Below are positions 35,991 through 44,923 of a stretch of 64,000 nt of DNA, one piece after another (the first letter of the stretch is position 1; each line of letters begins with the position of its first letter). Both the position numbers and the translations under genes were made by a program. This stretch comes from Candidatus Sysuimicrobiota bacterium (GTDB lineage Bacteria > Sysuimicrobiota > Sysuimicrobiia > Sysuimicrobiales > Sysuimicrobiaceae): positions 29 through 64,028 of the forward strand of contig PSLI01000007.1 of assembly GCA_040289515.1 (NCBI GenBank), read 5' to 3'. The notes beneath the pieces are model-generated. The model saw only the letters and a program-made list of their open reading frames with translations, did no database searches and was not told the origin of the DNA.

Positions 35991-36554
35991 CCGCCGCGAA
36001 CTTTCCAAACATCTCCACCACGAAGGGCCGCGCCAGGCCCGCGAAGTACTCCGCGGTCCGCGGGTGCTCCATCAGCTCCCGGGCCAGCCGCTCGGGCGAG
36101 GCGCTGCGGGCGTACTGCAGCCCCCGCCCCGTGGCGCGCACCACCCGCCCCACCAGGTCCGGGTCCCGCTGGATCACGTCTTCCCGCGTCACCAGCACGA
36201 GCGACAGCGTGCGACCCGAACCATCCCACTCCCGATGGTCCCGGTCGGGGTTCGGCGCGGCCTTGCGCAGGAACGCGTTGATGGCCACCCACGCACCCGC
36301 ACCCGGAAGTGGCGTCCCCACCGTGCGGCCCTGTAGGTCCCGCACCCGCCTCACCTGACCCTTCAGCCTCGTAAAAACCCCGGGCCAAGGCCACGAACAC
36401 GGGGACGTTTTGCTCGTACGCGAGCACCCCTGCCATCTGGATGCGGTCGCGGAGCCCTGGGCCCGGGACGGGGACGGCCGCCGTCAGGACGCCCACGGCC
36501 AGCCAGCCGCATCACCACCGCCAGGCAAGCAAGGTCCGCATTCGGCTTCACCAT
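35990..36554 (-). pseudogene. NMT1/TauA-type ABC substrate-binding protein remnant (frameshifted, internally deleted)
   Basis: Pieces lie in different frames: AGVLAYEQNVPVFVALARGFYEAEG and VRDLQGRTVGTPLPGAGAWVAINAFLRKA...DPDLVGRVVRATGRGLQYA. The segment between them is missing. Confidence 0.6.
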
Positions 36555-36581
36555 CCAGTCGCTGCGTTCCCTGCAGCAACA

Positions 36582-38171
36582 TCAGGAGTACACCACGTCC
36601 CCGCCCACCACGGTCATGCGAATCCGGGCGCGGGCCAGCTGGTGCGGGTCTTCCAGGACGTCACGATCCAGGGCCACGAGGTCGCACGCCTTGTCTACCT
36701 CCAGGCTCCCGTGGTAGGCTTCCAGGCCCGCCGCGTAGGCCGGCCCCCCCGTGTAGGCGCGCAGTGCCTCCTCCACGGACAGCGCCTGCTCGGGGAACCA
36801 GGGCGGATTCGGATCCCCGGGCCACCGACGGAACACCGCGGCGTACAGACCCAAAAGCACGTCCACGGTCTGGACCGGTGCGTCCGATCCAAAGGCCAGG
36901 ACCGCACCCGCCCGGGCCAAGAACCGCCACGCGTACGCGTACCGGCACCGGTCGCCCCACAGGCGCTCCGCGAGCGGGCGGTCCGCCAGGCAGTGCGCCG
37001 GCTGCATGGAAGCCACCACGCCCAGCTCAGCAAAGCGCGCCACATCCTGCGGGTGCAGGAGCTGTGCGTGCTCGATCCGGTGACGCAGCTGCCATTCGCG
37101 GGTCGCGTCCCGGCAGGCCTGAAAGGCGTCCAGGGCCCAGCGGTTGGCACGGTCACCGATGGCATGGACCGCACATGCCCACCCGGCCTCCGCAGCACGC
37201 CGGATCAGGGCAGCCAGCTCCTCCCGCGTGTGCAGGGAGATCCCCCTGTCGTGAGGATGCCCCGCGAAGGGTTCCAGCATGGCCGCCGTCTGAGAGCCCA
37301 GCGTCCCGTCTGCGAAAACCTTCACCCACCCGAGCCGCAGCCACTCGTCCCCGAACCCGGACCGAATCCCCACCAGCACGGCCGCCTCCAGGTGCGTCTC
37401 CGGGATGGCGGCCACCACCCGCAGCCGCAGCCGCCCGGACCTTCTCAACCTCTGCAGCCCGCGGAGGGCCTCCGAGCCCTCCCCAGGACCGGCCATGTGG
37501 TGCACGGCGGCAATACCTCTCCGGTGCAGCTCCTCCTGCGCGCGCACGAGCGCCGTCTCCACCTCTCCGTCCGTGGGGGGTGGAATCGCTCGCGCCACAA
37601 GCTGCACCGCCGTCTCCTCCAAAACCCCGGTGGGTTCGCCGGAGGGGTCGCGCCGGATCCGCCCGCCGCGCGGATCCGGGGTGGAGGAGGTAACCCCCGC
37701 CCGCCGCAGCGCTAGGGAGTTGCACCACACGCGGTGGCCGTCCCTGCTCCACAGAACCACCGGCGTGTGCGGGACAACTTCGTCCAGGTCGGCCCGGGTA
37801 GGTAGACCCTCCGGCCAGCCCGCAGCGTCCCAGCCCCGCCCCACAAGCCAGCGATCCTGGGGCACCGCGGCAGCCGCTTCTCGGACCAGGTCTACCGCCT
37901 CCCGCTTGGAACGCGCCGGGCTCAGGCAGACCAGCGGGGCCTGCAGCCCCAAGGCCAGCAGGTGCAGGTGCGCATCGCAGAAGGCGGGCAGGACCACCGC
38001 ACCGTGAAGATCCACCTCGGGCAGGTCCCCAAAGCGCTCCTGCACCTCCGCGTCCGTACCCAACCCGACCACGCGCCCCTTCCGGCACGCCACCGCCTGT
38101 ACCACGGTACCGTGACGGTCCAGGGTGTACACACGCCCGTTGTGGAAGCGCACAGAAGCTGACTCCACCAT
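36582..38171 (-). CDS. Amidohydrolase-3 family metal-dependent hydrolase (YtcJ-like)
   Basis: ATG 38171 (MVESASVRFHNGRVYT). AFCDAHLHLLALG metal-binding HxH motif, AVHAIGDRA, SDAPV. Confidence 0.85.
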   Translation of the reverse strand: MVESASVRFHNGRVYTLDRHGTVVQAVACRKGRVVGLGTDAEVQERFGDLPEVDLHGAVVLPAFCDAHLHLLALGLQAPLVCLSPARSKREAVDLVREAAAAVPQDRWLVGRGWDAAGWPEGLPTRADLDEVVPHTPVVLWSRDGHRVWCNSLALRRAGVTSSTPDPRGGRIRRDPSGEPTGVLEETAVQLVARAIPPPTDGEVETALVRAQEELHRRGIAAVHHMAGPGEGSEALRGLQRLRRSGRLRLRVVAAIPETHLEAAVLVGIRSGFGDEWLRLGWVKVFADGTLGSQTAAMLEPFAGHPHDRGISLHTREELAALIRRAAEAGWACAVHAIGDRANRWALDAFQACRDATREWQLRHRIEHAQLLHPQDVARFAELGVVASMQPAHCLADRPLAERLWGDRCRYAYAWRFLARAGAVLAFGSDAPVQTVDVLLGLYAAVFRRWPGDPNPPWFPEQALSVEEALRAYTGGPAYAAGLEAYHGSLEVDKACDLVALDRDVLEDPHQLARARIRMTVVGGDVVYS

Positions 38172-38281
38172 AGCCGTAGGTCCTGCCGCGCCGCGCATCT
38201 TTCCAGGCGTGCCGGCGCGTCTTGCGCCCTGGCGCACGTCCTGGGTCCGCAGTGTAGGCGCCCGGAAGCCCGCGCGTCAAC

Positions 38282-39130
38282 GTGCAGGGACGCGGGGCAC
38301 CCGCATCGAACAGCTGCCCCGTGGTGTCCGGTTTTGCGTTCGCCGACCTCACGTGGCCCGCGGTGGAAAGGCTCCTTTCGGGGCCGCGGCGCCCCGTGCT
38401 GCTCTTGCCCCTGGGAGCCGTGGAAGCGCACGGCCCGCACGCTCCCCTCGGCACGGACCTGCTCATCTCCCTGGGAATGTGCAGACGGGCTGCAGAGCAA
38501 CTCCGAGACGACCCCGAGCTAGAGGTCTGGGTGCTGCCGCCCATCGCTTACGGTGTGACGGCCTGCGCGGCGGGGTTTTCAGGGACGGTGGGCATCTCGC
38601 CCGCCACCCTGCAGGCCCTGCTGGTGGACGTGTGCACATCCCTCGTCGCACAGGGGTTGCGGTGGATCGTGGTGGTGAACAACCACTTCGAGCCCGAGCA
38701 CGTGCGGTGTGTGCACGCGGCCCTGGACGCCGTGGAGGCCCGCACGGGGGTGGTGGTGGGGTACCTTGACCTGACCCGGCGCGCCCGCGCGGAGCGGCTG
38801 GGGGAGGAGTTCCGCAGCGGTTCCTGCCACGCAGGTCGGTACGAGACCTCGCTTGTGCTGGCGGAGCGGCCGGAGCTGGTGGACCGAGAAGTCCTGCGGA
38901 GTCTAGGGCCCGTCCAGGTAGACTTGGCTACGGCCTTGGCGGAGGGCGTGCGGGACTTCCGCGCCATGGACATGGACCGTGCATACTGCGGCTCGCCTGC
39001 GGACGCGACACCGGAGGAGGGCCACGCCCGCTTCCAGGTGCTGGCAGAGCTACTGGTGGAGACCATCCGGGCGGTGGCACGGGGCGGGGGCCGCGACCGG
39101 CCTGGACGGTTCGGTCGCGGGCCGGGTTAG
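38282..39130 (+). CDS. Creatininase-family amidohydrolase
   Basis: LLPLGAVEAHGPHAPLGTD...VVVNNHFEP...SCHAGRYETS motifs typical of the creatininase/ArfB/MftE fold. Its stop codon overlaps the stop of the convergent CoA ligase. Confidence 0.8.
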   Translation: MQGRGAPASNSCPVVSGFAFADLTWPAVERLLSGPRRPVLLLPLGAVEAHGPHAPLGTDLLISLGMCRRAAEQLRDDPELEVWVLPPIAYGVTACAAGFSGTVGISPATLQALLVDVCTSLVAQGLRWIVVVNNHFEPEHVRCVHAALDAVEARTGVVVGYLDLTRRARAERLGEEFRSGSCHAGRYETSLVLAERPELVDREVLRSLGPVQVDLATALAEGVRDFRAMDMDRAYCGSPADATPEEGHARFQVLAELLVETIRAVARGGGRDRPGRFGRGPG

Positions 39131-40692
39131 ACGTCCTCCCGCAGCTGCCGGCGGTCCACCTTTCCGGAAGGCGTGCGCGGCAAGGAGTCCACGAAGCGCA
39201 CCTCCCGCGGGTACTTGTGCGGGCTCAGGTTTCCCCGCACGTGGTCCTGGAGGGCGCGGGCCAGCTCGGGGCCGGCCCGGTGCGGCTCGCGCAGGGTCAC
39301 GTACGCCACGGGGACCACCAGGCCCTCCCGCACCGTGGGGAGGACCGCGCACTCGGCCACCAGCGGGTGGCTGAGCAGGCACTGCTCCACCTCCGCGGGC
39401 GCCACCCATACCCCGCCGACCTTCATGAGGTCGTCCGCGCGCCCCTGGTACCACAGGAAGCCGTCCTCGTCCTCGCGGAACAGGTCGCCCGTGCGAACCC
39501 AGTTGCCGTGGAAGGTGCGCACGGATTTGCCCCGATCCCTCCAGTACAGGAGGGCCGCCGTTTCCCCCCACACCCACAGCTCTCCCGTTTCGCCCCGCGG
39601 AAGCGGACGTCCGTCGGGGTCCCGCACCTCCGCCCGGTAGCCCGGACAGGGTCGTCCCACGCTGCCGGGCCGCACCTGCCCGGGCCGGTTGGAGATGTAG
39701 ATGTGGTACAGCTCGGAGGACCCGATCCCGTCCACCACCTCCACGCCGAACTTCTGCTTCCACCGATGGTACAGCTCCGCGGGCAGGGCCTCCCCCGCGG
39801 AGGTGGCCAGCCGCACACAGGACAGGTCGTAGCACTCCGCCTCGGGGTGCTCCACCATCTGGCGCATCATGGTGGGCACCTGGATCAGCAGGGTGGGCCG
39901 GTGGTGACGGATCAGCTGGAAGATCCGCTCCGGGGTGGAACGCTCCGGGAACACCACCGCGGACGCGCCCACCCCGAAGGGGAACAGGGCCGCGCAGTCC
40001 CGCGCGTAGCCGAAGAACAGTTTGGGCACCGGCAGGACCACGTCCTCCGGTGTGTAGCGGATCACCTCCTGGGCGTAGTTCCAGAAGCTCAGGTACGGCG
40101 CGTAGTGGCAGTGCACCACCGCCTTGGGTCGGCCCGTGGTGCCCGTGGTGAACTTCCACAGGGCGAAGTCGTCCTTGCGCGTGTCCGCTAGGGCCGGCTC
40201 GGAGGGTGCCTGCGCCACCAGGCGGTGGAAATCCTCCTCCCCCGGCAGCAGCTCCGGCACTCCCACCGCCAGCAGCTTACCCCGAAACCCCACCGTGTGC
40301 GCCGCCTCCCGCACTTTTCCGTGCGTCACGGCATCCGTCACGACCACCTGAGGACGTACGTAGTCCAGGTAGTAGGCGTAGTCGTGGGCGTGCAGGTACG
40401 TGTACACCTCCGCGCTCACCGCACCCAGCCCCACCACGGCGTACCAGGTGGCCACGAACTCCACCCCGTCCGCAAGGGCCAGCAGCACCCGGTCCTCCGG
40501 GGCCACGCCGAGGGCGCGAAGCACGTGGCCGATTCGGTAAGCCAGCTGGCTGAGCTCCCGGTAGGTGACCGCCTGCTCCCCCACGTGCAGGGCCACCCGA
40601 TCCCCTCGGCCCTCCTCCACGTTCCGGTGGAGGAAGTAGTGGGCCACGTTGAAATGCTCGGGCACCTCCTCGTACGTCACCACGCTTTCCAC
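39127..40692 (-). CDS. AMP-dependent aryl-CoA ligase (benzoate-CoA ligase family)
   Basis: WKFTTGTTGRPKAVVH AMP-binding motif, YGRTGDL-like TGDLFREDEDGF, and PSGKVDRRQL at the C-terminus. Confidence 0.85.
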   Translation of the reverse strand: MESVVTYEEVPEHFNVAHYFLHRNVEEGRGDRVALHVGEQAVTYRELSQLAYRIGHVLRALGVAPEDRVLLALADGVEFVATWYAVVGLGAVSAEVYTYLHAHDYAYYLDYVRPQVVVTDAVTHGKVREAAHTVGFRGKLLAVGVPELLPGEEDFHRLVAQAPSEPALADTRKDDFALWKFTTGTTGRPKAVVHCHYAPYLSFWNYAQEVIRYTPEDVVLPVPKLFFGYARDCAALFPFGVGASAVVFPERSTPERIFQLIRHHRPTLLIQVPTMMRQMVEHPEAECYDLSCVRLATSAGEALPAELYHRWKQKFGVEVVDGIGSSELYHIYISNRPGQVRPGSVGRPCPGYRAEVRDPDGRPLPRGETGELWVWGETAALLYWRDRGKSVRTFHGNWVRTGDLFREDEDGFLWYQGRADDLMKVGGVWVAPAEVEQCLLSHPLVAECAVLPTVREGLVVPVAYVTLREPHRAGPELARALQDHVRGNLSPHKYPREVRFVDSLPRTPSGKVDRRQLREDV

Positions 40693-40696
40693 CCCC

Positions 40697-41503
40697 TCAC
40701 CACGTCACAGCACCGCCATCCAGCACGATCCCCTGCCCGTTGATCCCCCGGGCTGCCTCCGAGCACAGGTAGGCCACCAGGGCGGCTACCTCCTCCACGG
40801 TGAACAGCCGACCCTGCGGGCTCAACCCCTGCAGGATGTGGCGGATTTCCTCGGGCGGCCGGCCCGTGCGGGTGCTGATGCGGGCGATGTTCTCCGCGGT
40901 CATGCGGGTGTCCAGGTACCCGGGGCACACGGCGTTGGCGGTGATCCCGCAGGGCGCATACTCCACCGCCACCGACCGCACCAGTCCCAGGAGGGCGTGC
41001 TTGGAGGCTGTGTAGGCGGCCACGTAGCGTCCTGGCACCTTTGCGGCCACGGAGGCGATGGCCACGATGCGGCCCCATGCGCTGCGCAACATGTCGGGGA
41101 GGACCGCCCGGATGGCGTAAAAGGCACCGGTGGCGTTCGCACGAAGGTGGAGATCCCAGTCCTCGTCTGTGATCTCGTGGAAGGGAGCGCTGCGGGCCCA
41201 GCCGGCCGCGGCCACCAGGATGGTCACGGGGCCCAACTGGTCCCGGGCCCGCGCCACCGCGTGCTCCACCTGTGCTCGCTCGGTTACGTCGCACGGGCAC
41301 GGCACGGCCTGGCCGCCCAGCTGCTCGATCTCCCGGACTACGGCCACAACCTGTTCTTCCGTGCGGGCGGCCACCGCCACCGCCGCTCCCCTCCGCGCCA
41401 GCTCCAAGGCGCAGGCCCGGCCCACACCCCGCCCCCCGCCCGTGACGAACGCCACCCGACCCGCAAGCTCCAGCCGCGCTACACGCTCAGGTACCGCCGC
41501 CAC
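40697..41503 (-). CDS. SDR-family oxidoreductase (3-hydroxyacyl-CoA / 3-oxoacyl reductase-like)
   Basis: AFVTGGGRGVGRA and YTASKHA motifs. The start is uncertain: GTG 41503, or 41545 as in the track. Confidence 0.8.
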   Translation of the reverse strand: MAAVPERVARLELAGRVAFVTGGGRGVGRACALELARRGAAVAVAARTEEQVVAVVREIEQLGGQAVPCPCDVTERAQVEHAVARARDQLGPVTILVAAAGWARSAPFHEITDEDWDLHLRANATGAFYAIRAVLPDMLRSAWGRIVAIASVAAKVPGRYVAAYTASKHALLGLVRSVAVEYAPCGITANAVCPGYLDTRMTAENIARISTRTGRPPEEIRHILQGLSPQGRLFTVEEVAALVAYLCSEAARGINGQGIVLDGGAVTW

Positions 41504-42987
41504 AGCTCCCGGTCCTCCCGCAGGGCCTCCGACGTCCCCTCCCACACCACGCGCCCGCGCTCCAGGATGTAGTGGTAGTGGGCGAACTCCGTGAGGCGCT
41601 CCACGTACTTGTCGATCAGCAGCACCGAAAGCCCCTCCGCGTTCAGCCGCTGCAGCGCCCGCCAGATCTCCTCCCGCACCAGGGGGGCTAGGCCTTCCGT
41701 AGCCTCGTCCAGGACCAGCAAGCGAGGGTTGGTCATAAGGGCGCGGCCAATGGCCAGCATCTGCTGTTCGCCCCCGGACAGCCGGCTACCGAGCTGGTTC
41801 AGCCGCGCTCCCAGCCGGGGGAACAGCTCCAGCACCCGGTCCAGGGTCCACGGGGACCCTGCCGCGCGGTTGCCGCGGGCAAACGCCACCAGGTTCTCCC
41901 GCACCGTCAGGTTGGGGAAGATCTGCCGGCCCTCCGGGACCAAGGCCACGCCCAAAGACGCGACCACCTCGGGCGGCTGGCCCTGGATCTCGCCGCCAGC
42001 AAACCGCACGCGTCCCGCCTTGGGCCGCAGAAGACCCGCCAGAGCCCGCACGGTGGTTGTCTTTCCCATCCCGTTGCGGCCCAGCAGCGTCACCACGTGC
42101 CCGGAGGGCACTCGCAGGTCCACCCCGAAGAGCACCTGGCTGGTCCCGTAGGAGGCCTCCAAGCCCTGGACCTCCAGGAGGGCTGGCCCCGACGCGTTCG
42201 CCTGTGCCCGCGGGCGCGAAGAGGCCCTGGGCGCGCGGGCCTCCTCCAGCGCGTGTCCCAGATATGCCCGGTGCACCTCTGGGTCCTCCCGCACAACCTC
42301 CGGCGGCCCGCTGGCCACCACCCGGCCGTCCACCAGCACCGTGATTCGGTCCGCCACCTGGAACACCACGTCCATGTCATGCTCCACCAGGAGGATGGCC
42401 ACCTCCCCCCGCAACCGCTGGATGAGCTCCACCACGGCGCGGGACTCCTCCTGGCCCATGCCGGAGGTGGGCTCATCCAGCACCACCAGCCGCGGCTCCG
42501 CGGCCAGGGCCAGACCCACCTCCAGCTGCCGCTGCTCCCCGTGCGACAGGGCCCGGACCGGCACCTCCAGCCTGCCGTGCAAATCCACGCGGCGCGCGTA
42601 TGAGCGGGCCTCCTGTTCCAGAAAGGTTTCCTGGGCCACGGGCCGCCAGAAACGGAAGGAACTGCCCGTGCGCGCCTGCACCACCAGGCTCAGGTTGCCC
42701 AGCACGGTGTCCTGGGGGAACAGGTTGGTCACCTGGAACGTGCGGGCGATCCCCAGCAGGGCCCGCTCGTGGGGAGGAAGCCCCGTGATGTCCACACCGC
42801 GGAACACAATACGCCCCTCCGTGGGCGCAAGCAGGCCCGAGACCAAATTCACCAAAGTGGTCTTGCCCGCGCCGTTGGGGCCGATGAGGGCGTGCACCTC
42901 TCCGGGCTGGACGTCCAGGTCGCACCGCCACAGGGCCAGCACGCCCCCGAAACGCTTGCTCAGGCCGCGCACCTGCAGCAGGCTCAC
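41479..42987 (-). CDS. Fused LivG-LivF double ATP-binding protein of a branched-chain-type ABC importer
   Basis: Two complete NBDs. NBD1 has GPNGAGKTT / LSHGEQRQLEV / VVLDEPTSG. NBD2 has GRNGMGKTT / LSGGEQQMLAI / LVLDEATEG. They are joined by a P/A/S-rich linker. GTG 42987 overlaps the upstream stop. The track ORF's extra N-terminus is shadow. Confidence 0.85.
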   Translation of the reverse strand: MSLLQVRGLSKRFGGVLALWRCDLDVQPGEVHALIGPNGAGKTTLVNLVSGLLAPTEGRIVFRGVDITGLPPHERALLGIARTFQVTNLFPQDTVLGNLSLVVQARTGSSFRFWRPVAQETFLEQEARSYARRVDLHGRLEVPVRALSHGEQRQLEVGLALAAEPRLVVLDEPTSGMGQEESRAVVELIQRLRGEVAILLVEHDMDVVFQVADRITVLVDGRVVASGPPEVVREDPEVHRAYLGHALEEARAPRASSRPRAQANASGPALLEVQGLEASYGTSQVLFGVDLRVPSGHVVTLLGRNGMGKTTTVRALAGLLRPKAGRVRFAGGEIQGQPPEVVASLGVALVPEGRQIFPNLTVRENLVAFARGNRAAGSPWTLDRVLELFPRLGARLNQLGSRLSGGEQQMLAIGRALMTNPRLLVLDEATEGLAPLVREEIWRALQRLNAEGLSVLLIDKYVERLTEFAHYHYILERGRVVWEGTSEALREDRELWRRYLSV

Positions 42988-44000
42988 CGCTTCCGTCCCT
43001 CCGCGAGTCCCGCAAGCCCCCGGGGTGCCAGCAGGACGACCGCCAGCAGGGTCAGGCCCACGTAGAGCTGCCAGGAGACTGTCACGACGTGGAACAGCTC
43101 CTCGATCAGCACCAAGGCCCCCGCGCCCAGGACGCCCGCAAAGAACCGCCCCACGCCCCCCAGGATCACCATGAACAGAAAGTGACCCGACTGCGGCCAG
43201 CTCAGCATGGCGGGGGACACGTACTGGGTGTGGTGCGCCATCAGGGCGCCCGCAAGGCCGGTAAGAGCGCCCGAGAGCACGAAGGCGGCCAGCTGGATCC
43301 GGTACACGGGGAACCCCACGGTGGCTGCGCGCACCTCGTTGTCCCGCACCGCCTGCAGGGCGCGTCCGAACCGCGCGTGAACGATCCGCCACAGCACCAC
43401 CAGGCTTACCACCAGCAGCCCGAAGGCCAGGTAGTATACCTCCACGTCCCCCAGGCTCACCCCAAAGTCCGTCCGCGGTGCGCGCAGCCCGTCCTGTCCC
43501 CCGTACTGCTTGAAGGAGACCACGAAGTAGTAGACCATCTGCGCAAAGGCGAGGGTGATCATGATGAAGTACAGGCCGCGGGTCCGCAAAGACACGGCAC
43601 CGATGGCCAGGGCGGCCAGGGCAGCCACTGCCACCGCGGCCGGCCACACGACCCACGCCTGCCGGATCCCTTCCCGTGCCAGGACCGCCACCGTGTAGGC
43701 ACCGAGCCCGTAGTAGGTGGCGTGCCCGAAGCTCACCAGTCCCCCGTAGCCCAGCACCAGGTTCAGGGCGCTGGCTGCCAGGGCCAGGATCATGGCGCGG
43801 GTAACAAGACTCAGGTAGTAGGGCCAGTCCAGCGCCTGGGTGAACACGGGAAACACCAGCAGGGCCACCGTCGCAAACCCCACCCCGCCCCAGGGAAGCC
43901 CGCGCTCCCGCAGAATTCCCCTGCGCGCGCTCACCAAAGCGGAGGCCTCGTGCTGCCCGGTGCGGGCTGCGCGGTCAGCTTCCTGCATCACCTTACCCAT
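42984..44000 (-). CDS. Branched-chain-type ABC permease (LivM-like)
   Basis: 338-aa polytopic protein with the LNLVLGYGGLVSFGHATYYGLGAY motif. Confidence 0.85.
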   Translation of the reverse strand: MGKVMQEADRAARTGQHEASALVSARRGILRERGLPWGGVGFATVALLVFPVFTQALDWPYYLSLVTRAMILALAASALNLVLGYGGLVSFGHATYYGLGAYTVAVLAREGIRQAWVVWPAAVAVAALAALAIGAVSLRTRGLYFIMITLAFAQMVYYFVVSFKQYGGQDGLRAPRTDFGVSLGDVEVYYLAFGLLVVSLVVLWRIVHARFGRALQAVRDNEVRAATVGFPVYRIQLAAFVLSGALTGLAGALMAHHTQYVSPAMLSWPQSGHFLFMVILGGVGRFFAGVLGAGALVLIEELFHVVTVSWQLYVGLTLLAVVLLAPRGLAGLAEGRKR

Positions 44001-44907
44001 GCACCGGGAACAGGCCCTGCGGGCGCACGAACAGGACCACCGCCATGAGCAGGTAGATGAGCACCGAGGCCACGGTGGGCCCCAGGTTCGAGGCCACCTC
44101 GGGCGGGAACAGGGCGCCGAACAAGAGGGGCAGGAACGCCCGGCCCGCGGTGTCCACGATCCCCACCAGCAGGGAGCCTGCCAGGGAGCCCTTCACGGAG
44201 CCGATCCCGCCGATCACGATGGCCACGAAGGCCAGGATAAGTACTTCCTCCCCCATGCCCACCTGCACTGCGAAGATGGGCCCCAGCAGGGCTCCAGCGA
44301 CCGCGCTGAGGGCGGCGCTGACCACGAACACCCCTGTGAACACCCGCTGGATGGGCACCCCCATGGCGCGGGCCATAGGTCGGTTGGAGGCCCCCGCCCG
44401 CACCCACATGCCCAGCCGCGTGCGGTGGACGAACAGAAACATACCCGCGGCCAGCAGCCCCGCCACCGCGATGATGGTCAGCCGGTAGGCGGAGTACGCC
44501 AGCCCCGGCAAGATCTGCACGGGGCGGGCCAGCTCCGGCGGCACGGACACCAGCAGCGCTTGCGGTCCCCACACCATCCGCACCAGCTCGTTGAACACCA
44601 AGATCAAGGCAAAGGTGGCCAGCACCTGCGTGAGGTGGTCTGTGGCGTACAGCCGTCGCAGCAAAGATACCTCCAGCAGCAGGCCCACCAGGGCCGTGGC
44701 CGCCACCGCGCCACCCACCCCCACCCAGAAGGATCCGGTGGACGCGCTGGCGGTGGCCGCGAAGTATGCCCCGAGCATGTACAGGGACCCCTGGGCCAGG
44801 TTGATGGTGTCCATCATCCCCAGCACCAGGGTGAGGCCCGAGCTCAGAAGGAACAGGGTCAGGCCTAGCTGCACCCCGTTCAGCAGCTGTTCGATCACCA
44901 GGGCCAC
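43993..44907 (-). CDS. Branched-chain-type ABC permease (LivH-like)
   Basis: MALVIEQLLNGVQLG...INLAQGSLYMLGAY motif. Confidence 0.85.
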   Translation of the reverse strand: MALVIEQLLNGVQLGLTLFLLSSGLTLVLGMMDTINLAQGSLYMLGAYFAATASASTGSFWVGVGGAVAATALVGLLLEVSLLRRLYATDHLTQVLATFALILVFNELVRMVWGPQALLVSVPPELARPVQILPGLAYSAYRLTIIAVAGLLAAGMFLFVHRTRLGMWVRAGASNRPMARAMGVPIQRVFTGVFVVSAALSAVAGALLGPIFAVQVGMGEEVLILAFVAIVIGGIGSVKGSLAGSLLVGIVDTAGRAFLPLLFGALFPPEVASNLGPTVASVLIYLLMAVVLFVRPQGLFPVHG

Positions 44908-44923
44908 GATAGTCTCCGCTCTC

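Noticed and set aside
41479-43656. 725-aa ORF implying an even larger ABC protein
   Set aside because: Residues before VSLLQVRGLSKRFGG are out-of-frame overlap with the LivM-like permease gene. A GTG start at 42987 overlapping the permease stop gives a clean two-NBD protein.
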